This document shows positions 10,971-22,585 of a stretch of 64,000 nucleotides of DNA, one piece after another (the first letter of the stretch is position 1; every line of letters begins with the position of its first letter). A program made the position numbers and the translations under genes. The stretch is from Naegleria gruberi (taxonomy: Eukaryota). The notes beneath the pieces are model-generated. The model did no database searches, was not told where the DNA came from, and worked only from the letters and a program-made list of their open reading frames with translations. Where the stretch lies: assembly GCA_000004985.1 (NCBI GenBank), contig GG738881.1; one strand, written 5' to 3'.

Positions 10971-11665
10971 TTGTCCTTACTTTGAAAATAGAAACCAATA
11001 GAGTTTTCGTACTGAAAAGGAAATACGGAGCAACACAAATCAGTCCCTTAATAATTTACAGAGTCATCATCACATCATCATTGTGCGAGTGTTGTTGGAG
11101 AGCTTGTATTGTTACATAGTGTTGGGTATACATCATTTCAAAGTAGTTCGTTTTTGTGCACTCAAATGGAGTCCAAATTTGGATAGCTTAATTTTTTAAA
11201 AAGTAAATTACATTCTGCTTATTGAGATGGTGTTGCAAGACCAATAATGTCAGGAATTTGAATAATATTGTTTGGTCAACTGTCCAAAAAATCAAATTTT
11301 CAATAGATCTAAGTATCTAAAGCCTTGAGGAGTAATGTAATTATTCAATATGGACAATGTTTTCAATTGTGTCATGGTGCTAATTAACATCCAGAACTTT
11401 GCTCCTTCATATTCAAGCTCATTTTCTCCAATGCAGAGTGTTTCAATACAGCAATTATCTGTAACACGGTTAGACTCAATTTGCTGGGGAATATTGCAGA
11501 AAGTTTAGTCAATCGATCCAGTTGACTAATTGGTCTAATTCCATCTTGTCTAAACTCGGCCCAAGACAAAGAAATACTTCATCTTTAATACGGGAACAAA
11601 TAATATTGTTTGGACACTTATTGGTATTAGTAGTTGATCAGTAATTACATGAATAAACAATTGGT

Positions 11666-13792
11666 TTATTCATCATCTTGATAGATTTTTTCCAAACCGA
11701 GTATGGTATTCTTTTCAACTTGAACTGTGAGATTGTGTTCTTTGAGTAAACCGTTTGAGCAAAAGATTCTTCTCACCGATTGCAAGACACGTTGATGATC
11801 TACTTGGTCATTATTGGCGACACGAACCTTAATGGTAGCAATTAATTCTTGCTTTCTCTTGTCAGCATCAATTTCAATGTCCTCCTCATCAGCTTCATCG
11901 AGTGAGGAACAATTGAGAGCCCAAAAATGTTCACTATGACATTCCAATACTCCTTCAACCATGGATGAAACTTCCTTTACACACGAGTTCAAATGATTAG
12001 ATAAATTTTCAGGAGTTGTCTGCAATAGAATTTTTCCATTGGCCTTCAACACAGGAAGAGAGAAGAATACGCATGTCATTGTACTCATACAACATAGAAC
12101 AAAATCAAATCCAATACCAGCACTTGAATAGTAAACAGCTTTCAAATAAATAAAGAGAGCAACGTGAATGTGAGCCTCTCTCATAATGATATAGATCCAA
12201 AACTTGGCAGATGGAATCTTTTCTCTGATATAATTGTGAATAGTATTGTAGTATCTTCCAATAGTTGTTGTTTGGGAGGTGTTAAAAACCGAGTTGAAGG
12301 AGGAAAATTGTTGGTACCACATTGGTGAGCTATTCATTCTATTCAAAGGAACACTTCCTCGAGAGGAATTAGAAGATGGATTCTTTCGCTTCTCGGCAGA
12401 AGAGAGCAATAAAAAGTCTTCTTCATTCTTCTTTGCCTGATAGGAGGAACTTCCTGAATAATTTCCAAACAAGTAAATTGATAATCCATTAATAAATAAT
12501 CCAAATAATACGAGAAGATATGTGAAAATACCAACTCTGTACTGATCCAATAGTGTGTCAATAGTTGTTGAATGATCATTAGAAGCCCTAGCTGATGAAG
12601 GAATGTGCAAACCAACGCCATTCTCTTCCTCATGAGCTTGGGAAGAGAATTTAGAGGTGAGTACATATTGAATCATTTCAGAAAAGATACTCAATGAGAG
12701 GAAGGAAGAAAATACAGCATTGGCAAAACGTAACAATACTCTCAAACGTTTCCACAAAGAATAAGTATAGGGTTGGAAGAGTAATCTCTTGATTGAACCC
12801 TCCTCTTCCAGTGTGGAATTATCCCCAAATGACGATGTATTATTTAGTGATGATGTTGTTGATCCGAGAGGAGAGTCAAAGGTGTTGCTATTATTATTAT
12901 TATTGGGAACAGAGTTTGTCTTGAATTGGCTCGACTTGTTAATGACACTACTGCTCGACCCCTGTAATGTATTCTCTTCGTGTGTAGTCTTGATGTAAAT
13001 TACAATTAAATCGATCAAAAACATAAATCCTCTGTGGAGGAGATAAAATCCAGAAAATAATATTAACAAGCTGACCATGAATCCGTGATTTCTAAAGCTT
13101 TGTACAATATTCTCTTGTTCTTCATTGTTAGATTTGGCAGATTCGTGATTATGTGTACTGCCATACTGAATCATACCAATGAAAATTTCCAAAATTGAAA
13201 ATGTTAAAATGATAATGCAAAATAGGAAATGTGTCTTCAATTGTTGATGTTGTTGGAAGGAGAGGGAGTAATTTCTTGATGAACTCAAGGAGAGGGGAGA
13301 AATGAAAAACGAAACAAATTGTTGAATATTTCCCAGCAACCAATGTGCTTCAGGATTAGTATTCTGTAAGGATTGAATCCAATTGGACAAACTGGTCAAA
13401 TTGTCGGAAATATTCTTCTTTGTAAATAATTGTTTGTATCCACCAGTGGTAATTAAATGTTTCAAATTCAAGATAAAACCAATCACAAACACAATCAATG
13501 TCTTGAACCAATTTAAAAACATGGTTGAAAATAAATGTATTCTGACAGACATATCTTGAGCAATAACAAGAATAGGCATGTCACCTTCATCTATTTCTTG
13601 TCCAGAACAGAAAATTCTTTTAAACGATCTAATTCCTCTCTGTAATCTTCTCCAAACATTGTTACCCAATTGCATACTTTTTGCTTTTCTTTGGTCATTT
13701 GGAATATGATTACATTGTTCATTACATTGATTGTTGTTGTTGTTGCTGGAATTGTTTTTGTCGTCTATTACTGGTACTGCTGCTACTACCAA
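11666..13792 (-). CDS. Cation diffusion facilitator (SLC30/ZnT5-ZnT6-like) zinc transporter homologue with a long low-complexity N-terminal region.
   Basis: The 708-aa ORF has several TM helices. Its C-terminal cytoplasmic domain (...ANGKILLQTTPENL...VEGVLECHSEHFWAL...ATIKVRVANNDQVDHQRVLQSVRRIF...LTVQVEK) matches the ZnT5/6 C-terminal domain pattern (ILLQ.TP...GVLEV.NEHFW.L...VHVRI.RD...TLTVQIFKD). The canonical HxxxD pairs are not obvious, as in ZnT6. Confidence 0.6.
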   Translation of the reverse strand: MVVAAVPVIDDKNNSSNNNNNQCNEQCNHIPNDQRKAKSMQLGNNVWRRLQRGIRSFKRIFCSGQEIDEGDMPILVIAQDMSVRIHLFSTMFLNWFKTLIVFVIGFILNLKHLITTGGYKQLFTKKNISDNLTSLSNWIQSLQNTNPEAHWLLGNIQQFVSFFISPLSLSSSRNYSLSFQQHQQLKTHFLFCIIILTFSILEIFIGMIQYGSTHNHESAKSNNEEQENIVQSFRNHGFMVSLLILFSGFYLLHRGFMFLIDLIVIYIKTTHEENTLQGSSSSVINKSSQFKTNSVPNNNNNSNTFDSPLGSTTSSLNNTSSFGDNSTLEEEGSIKRLLFQPYTYSLWKRLRVLLRFANAVFSSFLSLSIFSEMIQYVLTSKFSSQAHEEENGVGLHIPSSARASNDHSTTIDTLLDQYRVGIFTYLLVLFGLFINGLSIYLFGNYSGSSSYQAKKNEEDFLLLSSAEKRKNPSSNSSRGSVPLNRMNSSPMWYQQFSSFNSVFNTSQTTTIGRYYNTIHNYIREKIPSAKFWIYIIMREAHIHVALFIYLKAVYYSSAGIGFDFVLCCMSTMTCVFFSLPVLKANGKILLQTTPENLSNHLNSCVKEVSSMVEGVLECHSEHFWALNCSSLDEADEEDIEIDADKRKQELIATIKVRVANNDQVDHQRVLQSVRRIFCSNGLLKEHNLTVQVEKNTILGLEKIYQDDE

Positions 13793-14483
13793 TTAATTGT
13801 GGAGAGAAGGAGAAGGAATCCCGTGATGAATCAGTCAATTGTTGTTGTTGATTGTTATTATGAGAAGGAGAGGAGGGAATAAAGAAACTAATAGCCAAAT
13901 CAGAGTTGCTATTAATTCCACTGTTTAAAGATGGTGATGATGAGGTTGCTATAACAACATTTGCTGATGTTTGTGTGGAATTGAAAAGATCATAGGGATT
14001 TGGTACACGGGCACTTGTTGTTGTAATATTCAAGTGAGAAGTGGCAGTACTACCCGAGGATGATGCAGAAGGTGAAGCAATCCTCGCACTACCTGCCAAT
14101 GACAGTGGTGGTACGGTTATCAATGAAGCACCACCTTGTTCTGGTGATTTTACTCCAAATCCACCAGTAGCAATAATGGTATCATTTGGTATTGTTGTAG
14201 TTATTGTTGGCGAAGAAGAAGAATTGGTATCAACAGCAGCAGCAACTACACTCACTATAGATCCTCCATCATCTTCATTGTTGTTATTATTTGTTGTACT
14301 TCTACCACCATCAACAATTACATCAGACACCTTCGGATGGATTATTGTTACTGTTGTTACTAACATCCACTTGCTGTGATGGAAGCGCGGAGGTGTTTTC
14401 CATTTTTTTCTCGGATGATGACGATATTTATTGTGATGATGATAATATGACATCACCAACATTGATATTCTTATTGGTGGCAA
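13722..14483 (-). CDS. Low-complexity ORF (Ser/Thr/Asn/Gln-rich). It is possibly the true N-terminal exon of the ZnT-like gene, since it overlaps that gene's start by 71 nt in another frame.
   Basis: The 253-aa ORF ends 71 nt inside the downstream ORF. Either a short intron or an indel in the CAACAACAACAA tract would join them. No domain is recognisable. Confidence 0.3.
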   Translation of the reverse strand: MPPIRISMLVMSYYHHHNKYRHHPRKKWKTPPRFHHSKWMLVTTVTIIHPKVSDVIVDGGRSTTNNNNNEDDGGSIVSVVAAAVDTNSSSSPTITTTIPNDTIIATGGFGVKSPEQGGASLITVPPLSLAGSARIASPSASSSGSTATSHLNITTTSARVPNPYDLFNSTQTSANVVIATSSSPSLNSGINSNSDLAISFFIPSSPSHNNNQQQQLTDSSRDSFSFSPQLIGSSSSTSNRRQKQFQQQQQQSM

Positions 14484-14762
14484 CAGAGGGATTATTGTTA
14501 CTTATTGGATAATATTAAGATGAAATGGTGTTGTGAAGAATGAATAAAATTTGAATAAAAAATTGTTGGTTGCATTGTTTTAATAATTAAATGGTTGTGT
14601 AAAAAGTTTTGATAATAAATAAGGTTTTCAGTGCGCCTTTTACTAAATAATTTAAATTTAAATAGTCCAACTTATATTAATATCTAATAAGTATTTAAAT
14701 AAATTTTAAAATAAAAAATAAATTTCCTTACCAGATTGAAATCCAAAATTAGAACAAAAAAA

Positions 14763-16593
14763 ATGTTGTTCAAACAATCAGAAGGCACTTCCAACTCTTT
14801 TTCTTCGTCGGAAGAGGCCTCTTCTTCCTCATCCATGAGTGATGATCAAAATACTAATAACAATAATAATACAAATCAGAATAATAGTGATCACGAAGAT
14901 CAACATGAGGATGATGAAGGAATTAATAGGAGAAAATCATCAACTAGTTTTAGAAAATTAGTGGAAAAGAGAAAGTATGGAGTGATGGTAAGTCTTTCAT
15001 TGAATGAGTTTAAATTAATGAATTAATAATATTAAGAATGGATCGGAATTTTCTGATCAAGTCTATTCTTCATCCTCTATCATTCAATCATTGAGTGCTA
15101 GTGGTAAATTAATTGGCCACAAGGTAAGCTTACTTTTAATCATTAATTGATCAAATATATTGAATCATTCAATATAATAGGGTTGTGTCAATTCTATCAA
15201 TTTTAATGTGTCTGGTGATTTGATTGTAACTGGAAGGTAAGTTTTGATTAACACATTCATATATGAAAATCAATATAGTGACGATACAACTGTAAAGGTG
15301 TGGGATACTTGGACTGGAAAGTGTTTGAAAACATTTGGTGGACATGTTTCGAATGTTTTTGCAGTTTCATTCCTTAATGGAAATGATAATATGGTGATTA
15401 GCGGAGGAAATGATTCAGATATTCGTCTATATGATGTGGAAAGGGGATCATGTACTGTTTTTCAACATCATAGAAAGAAGGTACTAAAAATTGCATGTCA
15501 CTCTGCACTTCCAAGTTGTTTTATGAGTTGTTCTGCTGATGGAACCATTCGTTTGTTTGACACACGTTGTAAATATGAAAATTGTAAAATAGAGCAGGAT
15601 TTAAGGTTAAACCCCAATATAATAGATGCCTACGATCATGATATGAATGTTGCTCCTCAATACAGTGGTGGAGGTAGAAAGAATACAGTCATTTCAAGAG
15701 AAGTTACTGAACCTTCATTGATTGTTGATTTTGAAGGTGAAACCTTGTACAGTGTAGATATTAATCCATCTTGTTCGAATGAGTTTATTGTCTCATCAGA
15801 ACTTTCAGATACTCGTTTATTTGATATGAGAAAAGTTGGTAATCATTCATACCAATCCTACTTGAATATTTTCAGAAATTTGGAAGTGGAGTCGGCTCCA
15901 GTTTCTGGTAGTAGTTTTTCAACGAATGGACGCCAAATTGTACATACTCATTTAGGAGAAAAGATTTATACCTTTGATACGTATCATAATTTTGAGAAGG
16001 ATGAAGGTCTTAATTATTCAGATCAAGAAAAAGCAGAATCAGATGTAAAATCATACCAGAGAAGATATCGGTAAGTTTACTAATTTATAATATTAATTTT
16101 TAATTATTTCATCTTAATTTGTAGTGGTCACGTATCTGAGGATACAATTAAGGGAGTTAGCTTTTTCGGTAGAAATTCTGAATATGTCATGTCAGGTTCT
16201 GACAATAATGATATTGTCATTTGGGATAATCAAACAGGAGAACTTGTGAGAATTTTGGAGGGTCATGGTGAAACAGTCAACACTGTTGTTGGCCATCCAA
16301 AATATCCAATCATTTGTTCTGGAGGTATTGAGGACTTTGTGTATATTTGGAAACCATCTGCAGATAAAATGACTTTATCTGAGGAGGAAGTAAAAAAAAG
16401 AAAGCTGGACATTGAAAGAGCTCTTTCCAATGAATCAACTGGAGAATATTCATCAAATGCATTCGAGTTCATGATGGCCTTTCATGAACTCTTAAATTCT
16501 GGAAATCCTAATTGGCAACGAATATTATTAAGACATATTGCCATGACAGAAGAGGATGATTCTGAAGAAGAGGAAGAGGATGATGAAAATTAA
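14763..16593 (+). CDS. DCAF8-like WD40-repeat protein (DDB1/CUL4-associated-factor family). Five exons: 14763..14987, 15037..15123, 15181..15236, 15279..16070 and 16125..16593.
   Basis: ATG lies in an A-run. Four introns of 49, 57, 42 and 54 nt have GTAAGT/GTAAGC donors and TAG/AAG acceptors that keep the frame. The product reads ...KYGVM|NGSEF...GKLIGHK|GCVNSINFNVSGDLIVTG|SDDTTVKVWDTW...YQRRYR|GHVSEDTIKGVSFFGRNSEYVMSGSDNNDIVIWDNQTGELVRILEGH..., followed by an acidic tail. Order and motifs match DCAF8/WDR42. Confidence 0.75.
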
Positions 16594-16616
16594 ATGTTTT
16601 TTATCAATATAATAGA

Positions 16617-19419
16617 CTACTTTTCTGTAGCAATATATACACCATTCCAAGAATCTGGAGGTGGTTCAAGCAAATAAGCTCTGCATCTCTCTGCCATTTC
16701 AAGAGCTGCTGAATCTTGATTATACTTGTCAGCATACTCTCTGAATGCCTTCTCTGCAACACCAAACTTTTTCTTCAGGTACAAGTCTTCCAGAATGTTA
16801 TTGTACAATCTGCAATAATCAACCTTATCTTGTGGAATCATAACCGAATCTCCTTGGAATGGTGACCATTTTCTAGCAACAATTTCATAAACTCTAACAC
16901 CAGTTACTTTACCCTTGACAGCGACCACATCTAACATTCTGAAAAGGAACAAGTCTTTGACAATTTCATAACAAAACTCTGACACCATAATGTTAGTTCC
17001 ATACACCTTATTCAAACCTTCCAATCTAGAAGCAAGATTTACAGAGTCTCCCAAACAAGTATAAGATAAACGATATGTTGAACCAATATTACCGACAAGG
17101 ACATCACCACAACTAACACCCACTCTAGTGTAGAGACCTGGCTTGCCTTCCTTTTCTAATTGTCTATTATAAGGCTGGAGGGATTTTTGCATTTCGAATG
17201 CAGCATTGCAACCGAAAAAGACATAAAAATCAAATGTATCTGGAGCACCAAACAAGGCCATCTAATATTATTTCATTGAAAATGGTTAAGCATTGCACAA
17301 GTTATTAAAACCTACCAAAGAGTCGCCAATATACTTATCCAAAACACCTCTATTTCTATATACAACTTCAGAGGTAACTTCAAAGTATTTACCCAAGATG
17401 GCAATCAATGTGTTGGGCTCTGTTGCTTCACAAATAGTCGTAAAACTCTTAATATCTGAAAATAGAATGGCAATATGTTTGGAATCAACACCCAAATCAA
17501 ACGATGCTGAATCACTGCCAATAAATTTGGAGACAATTTCTTTTGGTACGTATTTCATGAAACCATCGACAGCCAAAGACATTTTAGTAAAGTGGTTTCT
17601 CAATTTCTTAACTTCGTGGAAGAGAATTAGACGCTTCTTCTTTGCTTGAACTTGACCTTTACCAAGAGCGTCCATATCATTTCCGAGCGAAACAAGAGGG
17701 GCTGTAATTAACATACTCACAACGACAGCAATAACTAAGGAAACAAACAAAATGATACAGTCAGCAATCAAGACGATATTTCTAAACCAAATAACAGAAC
17801 CCATAAAATCGTCGACTGACATGATTGTTAAGACCTTCCAATTAAGGTCATGTTCATCGTCTACGGATTCCATATTCAACAAGTAACTGTTACCATTCAC
17901 TGTGTATTGATTGTCATGGCCTGTGAAATCTTGCAGATTACCCCCATACTTGGTCATAAGTAATTTACCAATTTCCTGCACATCCGGCAGTGAGCTTTCA
18001 TGAAGTTTCTTTCGCACCAGTTTATGAGGAACAATTTGATCATAAACATATAAAATTTCTTCGTTTGGTTTGGAGCAAGCAATCATTTCACTGGTTAGAG
18101 AAGAAACCACATACACCATTGAGTTGGGACTCATTTTGACACTTGCCAAATAGGCATTAATATCTTTGACAAGCAGATCTGTCGTTACCACATATTGAAC
18201 ATCTCCTGTAGCATTCAGAATTGGATGGTATGCTGTAATCCAAACACTTTCTACATTACTTGTTGCATACAAACTTGTCCATCCTTTCTTTTTTCTTTCT
18301 AAGGGGAAAGTCCACCATTCGAAACCGTACACAATTTCAGCATCCAATGATTGAGGTTCTTTTCTGCTCAAATTATACCTAAAATCACTAAAAATTGGTT
18401 CTTCAGCATAAAGAACACCATTCTGATAGTACTCTATTGTACATGCTGTCGTATTACTCAATATACCAAAATAGTAGTCATCTTTGTGAGTGAATGAGGC
18501 ATAACGAAGTCCAAAACCCATGACCATAGAGTAGAGAACTTGAATTCTTAGATTCCAATCAACCATTTTGGGGCTCAACTTGTCAAGTGCAGTAAAACTG
18601 TTCGTTACACTATCAGTAATTTGGAACGGTAGTTGAATAAAGTTATTCACGAATTCAACTGTTCTCAGCTTTGTTTGTGATCCCAGATTGGTAGTGAATT
18701 CATTAATAGATGCACCTATAGTTTTCAATTCATTATAAGAATCAGAAATTTAAGAAATTGATTGACTAAAAAGACATACCTTGTAAAACAATAGTAGCAA
18801 CGAATATGGAAATAGTCGAAATAAGGATCAATAGAATGATAATCACAGAAAGACAAAACTTAATGGAGAATATTCTAGATACCAGAGAATTCAAATAATT
18901 TTTCTCCTTCTCCACTTTTTTCCCCTTCTCCAGTGTGAGATCTTCATCTTCGGCTAGTACTTCTTTAAGCTTTTTCTCATCTTCTGCACTTGCAACGGGC
19001 ACTATCAATTTACTATTGCTTGCCTTTCTTGTGGCATTGCTCTTTTGCTTTTTAACTTCCTTCTTATTTGTTGTCTTTGTATTCTTTCTAAGTGATTCCT
19101 TGGTCGTTAAGGACTTTTTCATAGGTGATGATGGTGTGTTCGTCGACACAACAGCAGCCTTTGATAAATTATTGCTGCTACTACCGTTGGTACCAGTAAT
19201 ATTATTACTACTACTATTATTATTATATGCAACAACATTATTATTTGATAAATCAGTGATGGGTGTGAGTGTTGTTATTGGGGTTACGGGCGATGTGGTC
19301 GATTCATCATTATTATAATCATTAAGGATTTGTAATTCCGAACTGGTTGATGTTACCAGAGCTGCTGCTGAGGAGGAATTATTGGTTGATTTATTCTTTT
19401 GGGCTACTCGTGTGACCAT
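16617..19419 (-). CDS. Receptor-type class III nucleotidyl cyclase. Domains run: N-terminal low-complexity, TM, extracellular Cache-like sensor domain, TM, cyclase domain. Exons are 19419..18780, 18715..17316 and 17261..16617.
   Basis: Exon 1 ends ...FVATIVLQ|G GTATGT. After a 64-nt intron, exon 2 begins (G)ASINEFTT.... It contains WITAYHPILNATGDVQYVVTTDL (Cache-like), a second TM (VIWFRNIVLIADCIILFVSLVIAVVVSMLI) and the cyclase start KHIAILFSDIKSFTT...DKYIGDSL|GTAGGT. After a 54-nt intron, exon 3 gives MALFGAPD...GDSVNLASRLEGLNKVYGTNIMVSE.... Confidence 0.8.
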
Positions 19420-19845
19420 ATTGATGATAAGGCATTTATTTTTTCTACTGCTGTTTTTATTGTTGTTGGTTTTAAGGTTCGTTAAGGTTCGGTTTTGAGT
19501 TGTTTTTTTATTGTGGAATATTAAAAAATTACAGTAATTTCCATTTTGAAACCTGTTACTAACTTTTTTGGATACACCATAGTGTATATATATTGGATTA
19601 AGGCACTTTCAGTCCATTAATTTTCAACGGCTTGTTTTTACAACCGTCCCTCAGTGCCAATATATTAAGCACTTTAGAATCAATTCCTATAAGGAAGATA
19701 CTCCTTCCAGCCATTTCGAATTTTATTGAGAGTGAACATTTTTCTATCTCCAGATAATTATATAGAAATAAGAGTACAGTTAAACAACATTGTAATCAGC
19801 TTGTCATGTTGCTGGAAAAATAATGATTTTCTAACTTTAAAAAAA

Positions 19846-21166
19846 ATGTCATTACTTGATCTTCCCCTCGAAGTTGTTATTGATTTTGTATTTCCCTTCC
19901 TGACGGATGGAGAGTTGATTCGGAGAACAAATTTTACAATCAAAAATTCGTGTGCTTTTTTTGAATAATCGCTTGCTCCCTATTAGATGGATGGAAGGGA
20001 ATTATAGAGATTCACTCTTTAATGATCGTGGAGCATTGTTTAGATTGTTGGATAAATTGAAAAATGTTGAGTATTTGAAAGGAATTTCAAAGACTGGAAT
20101 CCACAAATACTGTCAAATATTCAGTCAGGATTCTGAATTTCTCTATGAAATTATTTCACATTTACCAAAATTAAGAAAGATTTTTGATAAAACTTATAGC
20201 ATGGATTTGATGAAAATTGTGACAATTTGTCCAATATTTGAACATGTGCATTATAGCCAAATGACAGACGAAGAAATCAAAGAATTGAACCCAAAAAGAT
20301 GCAAGATTGCAGATGTTTTCGATAATATCAATTCATGGGAAGAAATCAATCTTGTTTTTCATTATTTAGAGGAGATTAATTGGTATCCCAGAGAAATTAA
20401 TTGGAAACTATTACAGAAAGAAATTACATTTAGAATTGAGCATAATCGAAAAGTTTTGAAGGAAAAACAAAATGCTGATCTCTATCCTGAAACCCTTCGA
20501 ATTAACTTTCATGATTGGAGTGAAATTATAACATGCCCTCTTTCCACAAACATTCTTCTTTGCATTGAAACTGAACACGTCAAAGTAATTCAGCCATTAG
20601 CTCCATTTTGTGAAAGTATTAAATATTCTGGAAGCATTAGAGACCTTATCAAGTTACCAGAATATGATTGTCAAGCCAAAGAACTAGATTTATCAGGAAA
20701 GCGTTTGAGATTTGACTGGGTGGTGCCTAAAAACTCTACCTTGACAGCTGTTGTAAGAACTGACCAAAATTTTAAAGACCTTGAAATGGATCTATACAGA
20801 AAAGTAATCATTCAAATACTCCACCGAGTGAAATCTTTACAAGTGGTCAAATTATCCCTTCCATTCAATATTCTTGTCTTATTTGGCAATGACTTGAAAC
20901 CAAACCTATCTCATTACAATTTGGAAAAGCATGTTCAATTAGATTGGATTCCACTCAATTTTTATGCATCTGTGAGCACTTTTGAAAGTGTTCCTCTATT
21001 GATTCTAAAGAAGAGATTGAGTTGCCCATTATATAAGGAGCCGGAGCATTATGAATCGATTGACTTTTCTGCTTTGGATTCATTTTATTCAACTCAAACA
21101 ATGACAGTATTAGGAACAACAAGCAATACTCAATCAAGTGGAGGTTTTGGATTATTTGACTTTTAG
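19846..21166 (+). CDS. F-box domain protein. Two exons: 19846..19949 and 19987..21166.
   Basis: The N-terminus MSLLDLPLEVVIDFVFPFLTDGELIRR matches the F-box consensus. A 37-nt GTGTGC...TATTAG intron joins this frame to the 404-aa ORF 19952..21166 (WMEGNYRDSLF...), removing the apparent +1 frameshift between the two listed ORFs. Confidence 0.6.
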
Positions 21167-21320
21167 ATCAACTCAACATCCATCTCTTAATTCTTCAGAA
21201 GCTTACTACTTCCATCTAAATGTGACGCCTTCTCAATTCATTGAGAGCGTACAGTATGGTTTATTCGGCTTTATATCCATTATGAATGATAGTCTGAATA
21301 ATTATCAAAGCTGCTTAGTT

Positions 21321-22475
21321 TTAAATAGTTTCGAAATCCACTGTTTCAATTCTTGTTAATTTGTAAGCTTTTGATTCATTAATCTTTACAATGACAGTAC
21401 CATTAATATCCAATTTTTCAAATTCCTCTCGTAACTTATCAAGTGTCTCCTTATCCATGTTTGTATCTTTAGCATGTTGTTCCAATTCTTCAACAGAAAG
21501 AGCAACCAGTGGAAATATTGTGTATCTGGTTTCTAGAATGCTTTTGTAATGATCAACTGCTGAATCTATCAGTAAACTCATCAAGAACTTGGGAGCACAC
21601 TTGGCTTCTATTTTTCTTGCTTCGATCAGTGTTTGAAAATAGGCATCTCTATTCTTAAACATTGGAAATGGAAATGGACAACACCAGTCCAATATTCTCT
21701 TTGAAATTAATCTACACAGTCTTCCATTACCATCTGGGAAAGGATGAATGTCGACAAAATGGAATTGTGCAAAGGCAGCTAATGCAAATACATATAAAAG
21801 CTGTTTTTCACAGTTTTCAGGATAGCATTTGGTAATTGCTTGACTGAGTGAGTAAACATCATTGCACAATAGTCTTGTGGTTGATTTTACAATAGTGTGT
21901 TTAGGATAAGTATGAGTAATTCCATTATATGAAGAAGCTTCGCTACCATGATCTCTATACTCCATTTTGGCATTTGGTATGACAATGCCAAACCATTTCT
22001 TCAAGGATGATTCATCAAAAATTACAGAGGATATCATCTTGTTTTTGTAATTTTCCTTTCTGAAAGTTTCGTTTAATAATGACAATGTGATCATAACAGC
22101 CTCGATCTCTTGTTCGTTACTGGAATCCAATTGATTGTTCAGAATCTTTTCCGTGTCTTCAAGTGAGCTTGGTCCAACATTTTCAATCATATTAGTATAA
22201 TATATCCATTCACAAACCGAGTGAGGAATTGAGGACGAAATGAGGTTTTCATTACCTTCAACCTCTTCTAACAGGCGACAAAACTCTCCAATTTTATTCT
22301 CTTCAAACTCATCAGCAAATCCAAGCAATTCCTCTAAATAAAATCTTGCTTTTTCTTCAATATCTGCAGGTGGTGTGCCGAGCTTTTCGTGCACCTCCAT
22401 CAAACAACAACTTTGAGGACCATTATCAAGGCACGATAAATATTCAGTGGTGTGCATTTTTTTTGAGGTGTACAT
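21321..22475 (-). CDS. Fic (filamentation induced by cAMP)/Doc-family domain protein, a putative AMPylase-type enzyme.
   Basis: Single 384-aa ORF with the canonical Fic active-site motif HPFPDGNGRLCR (HxFx[DE]GNGRxxR) in FHFVDIHPFPDGNGRLCRLISKRIL. Confidence 0.8.
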   Translation of the reverse strand: MYTSKKMHTTEYLSCLDNGPQSCCLMEVHEKLGTPPADIEEKARFYLEELLGFADEFEENKIGEFCRLLEEVEGNENLISSSIPHSVCEWIYYTNMIENVGPSSLEDTEKILNNQLDSSNEQEIEAVMITLSLLNETFRKENYKNKMISSVIFDESSLKKWFGIVIPNAKMEYRDHGSEASSYNGITHTYPKHTIVKSTTRLLCNDVYSLSQAITKCYPENCEKQLLYVFALAAFAQFHFVDIHPFPDGNGRLCRLISKRILDWCCPFPFPMFKNRDAYFQTLIEARKIEAKCAPKFLMSLLIDSAVDHYKSILETRYTIFPLVALSVEELEQHAKDTNMDKETLDKLREEFEKLDINGTVIVKINESKAYKLTRIETVDFETI

Positions 22476-22585
22476 TTTGATAAGGAGAAAATAAGTAAAA
22501 GTTTGTTGCCTTAGTTGCGTGGATCTATTGTTGAATAAACAACTAAATATTATTGGAATATTTTTAATTGTAAAAACGAAACAAA

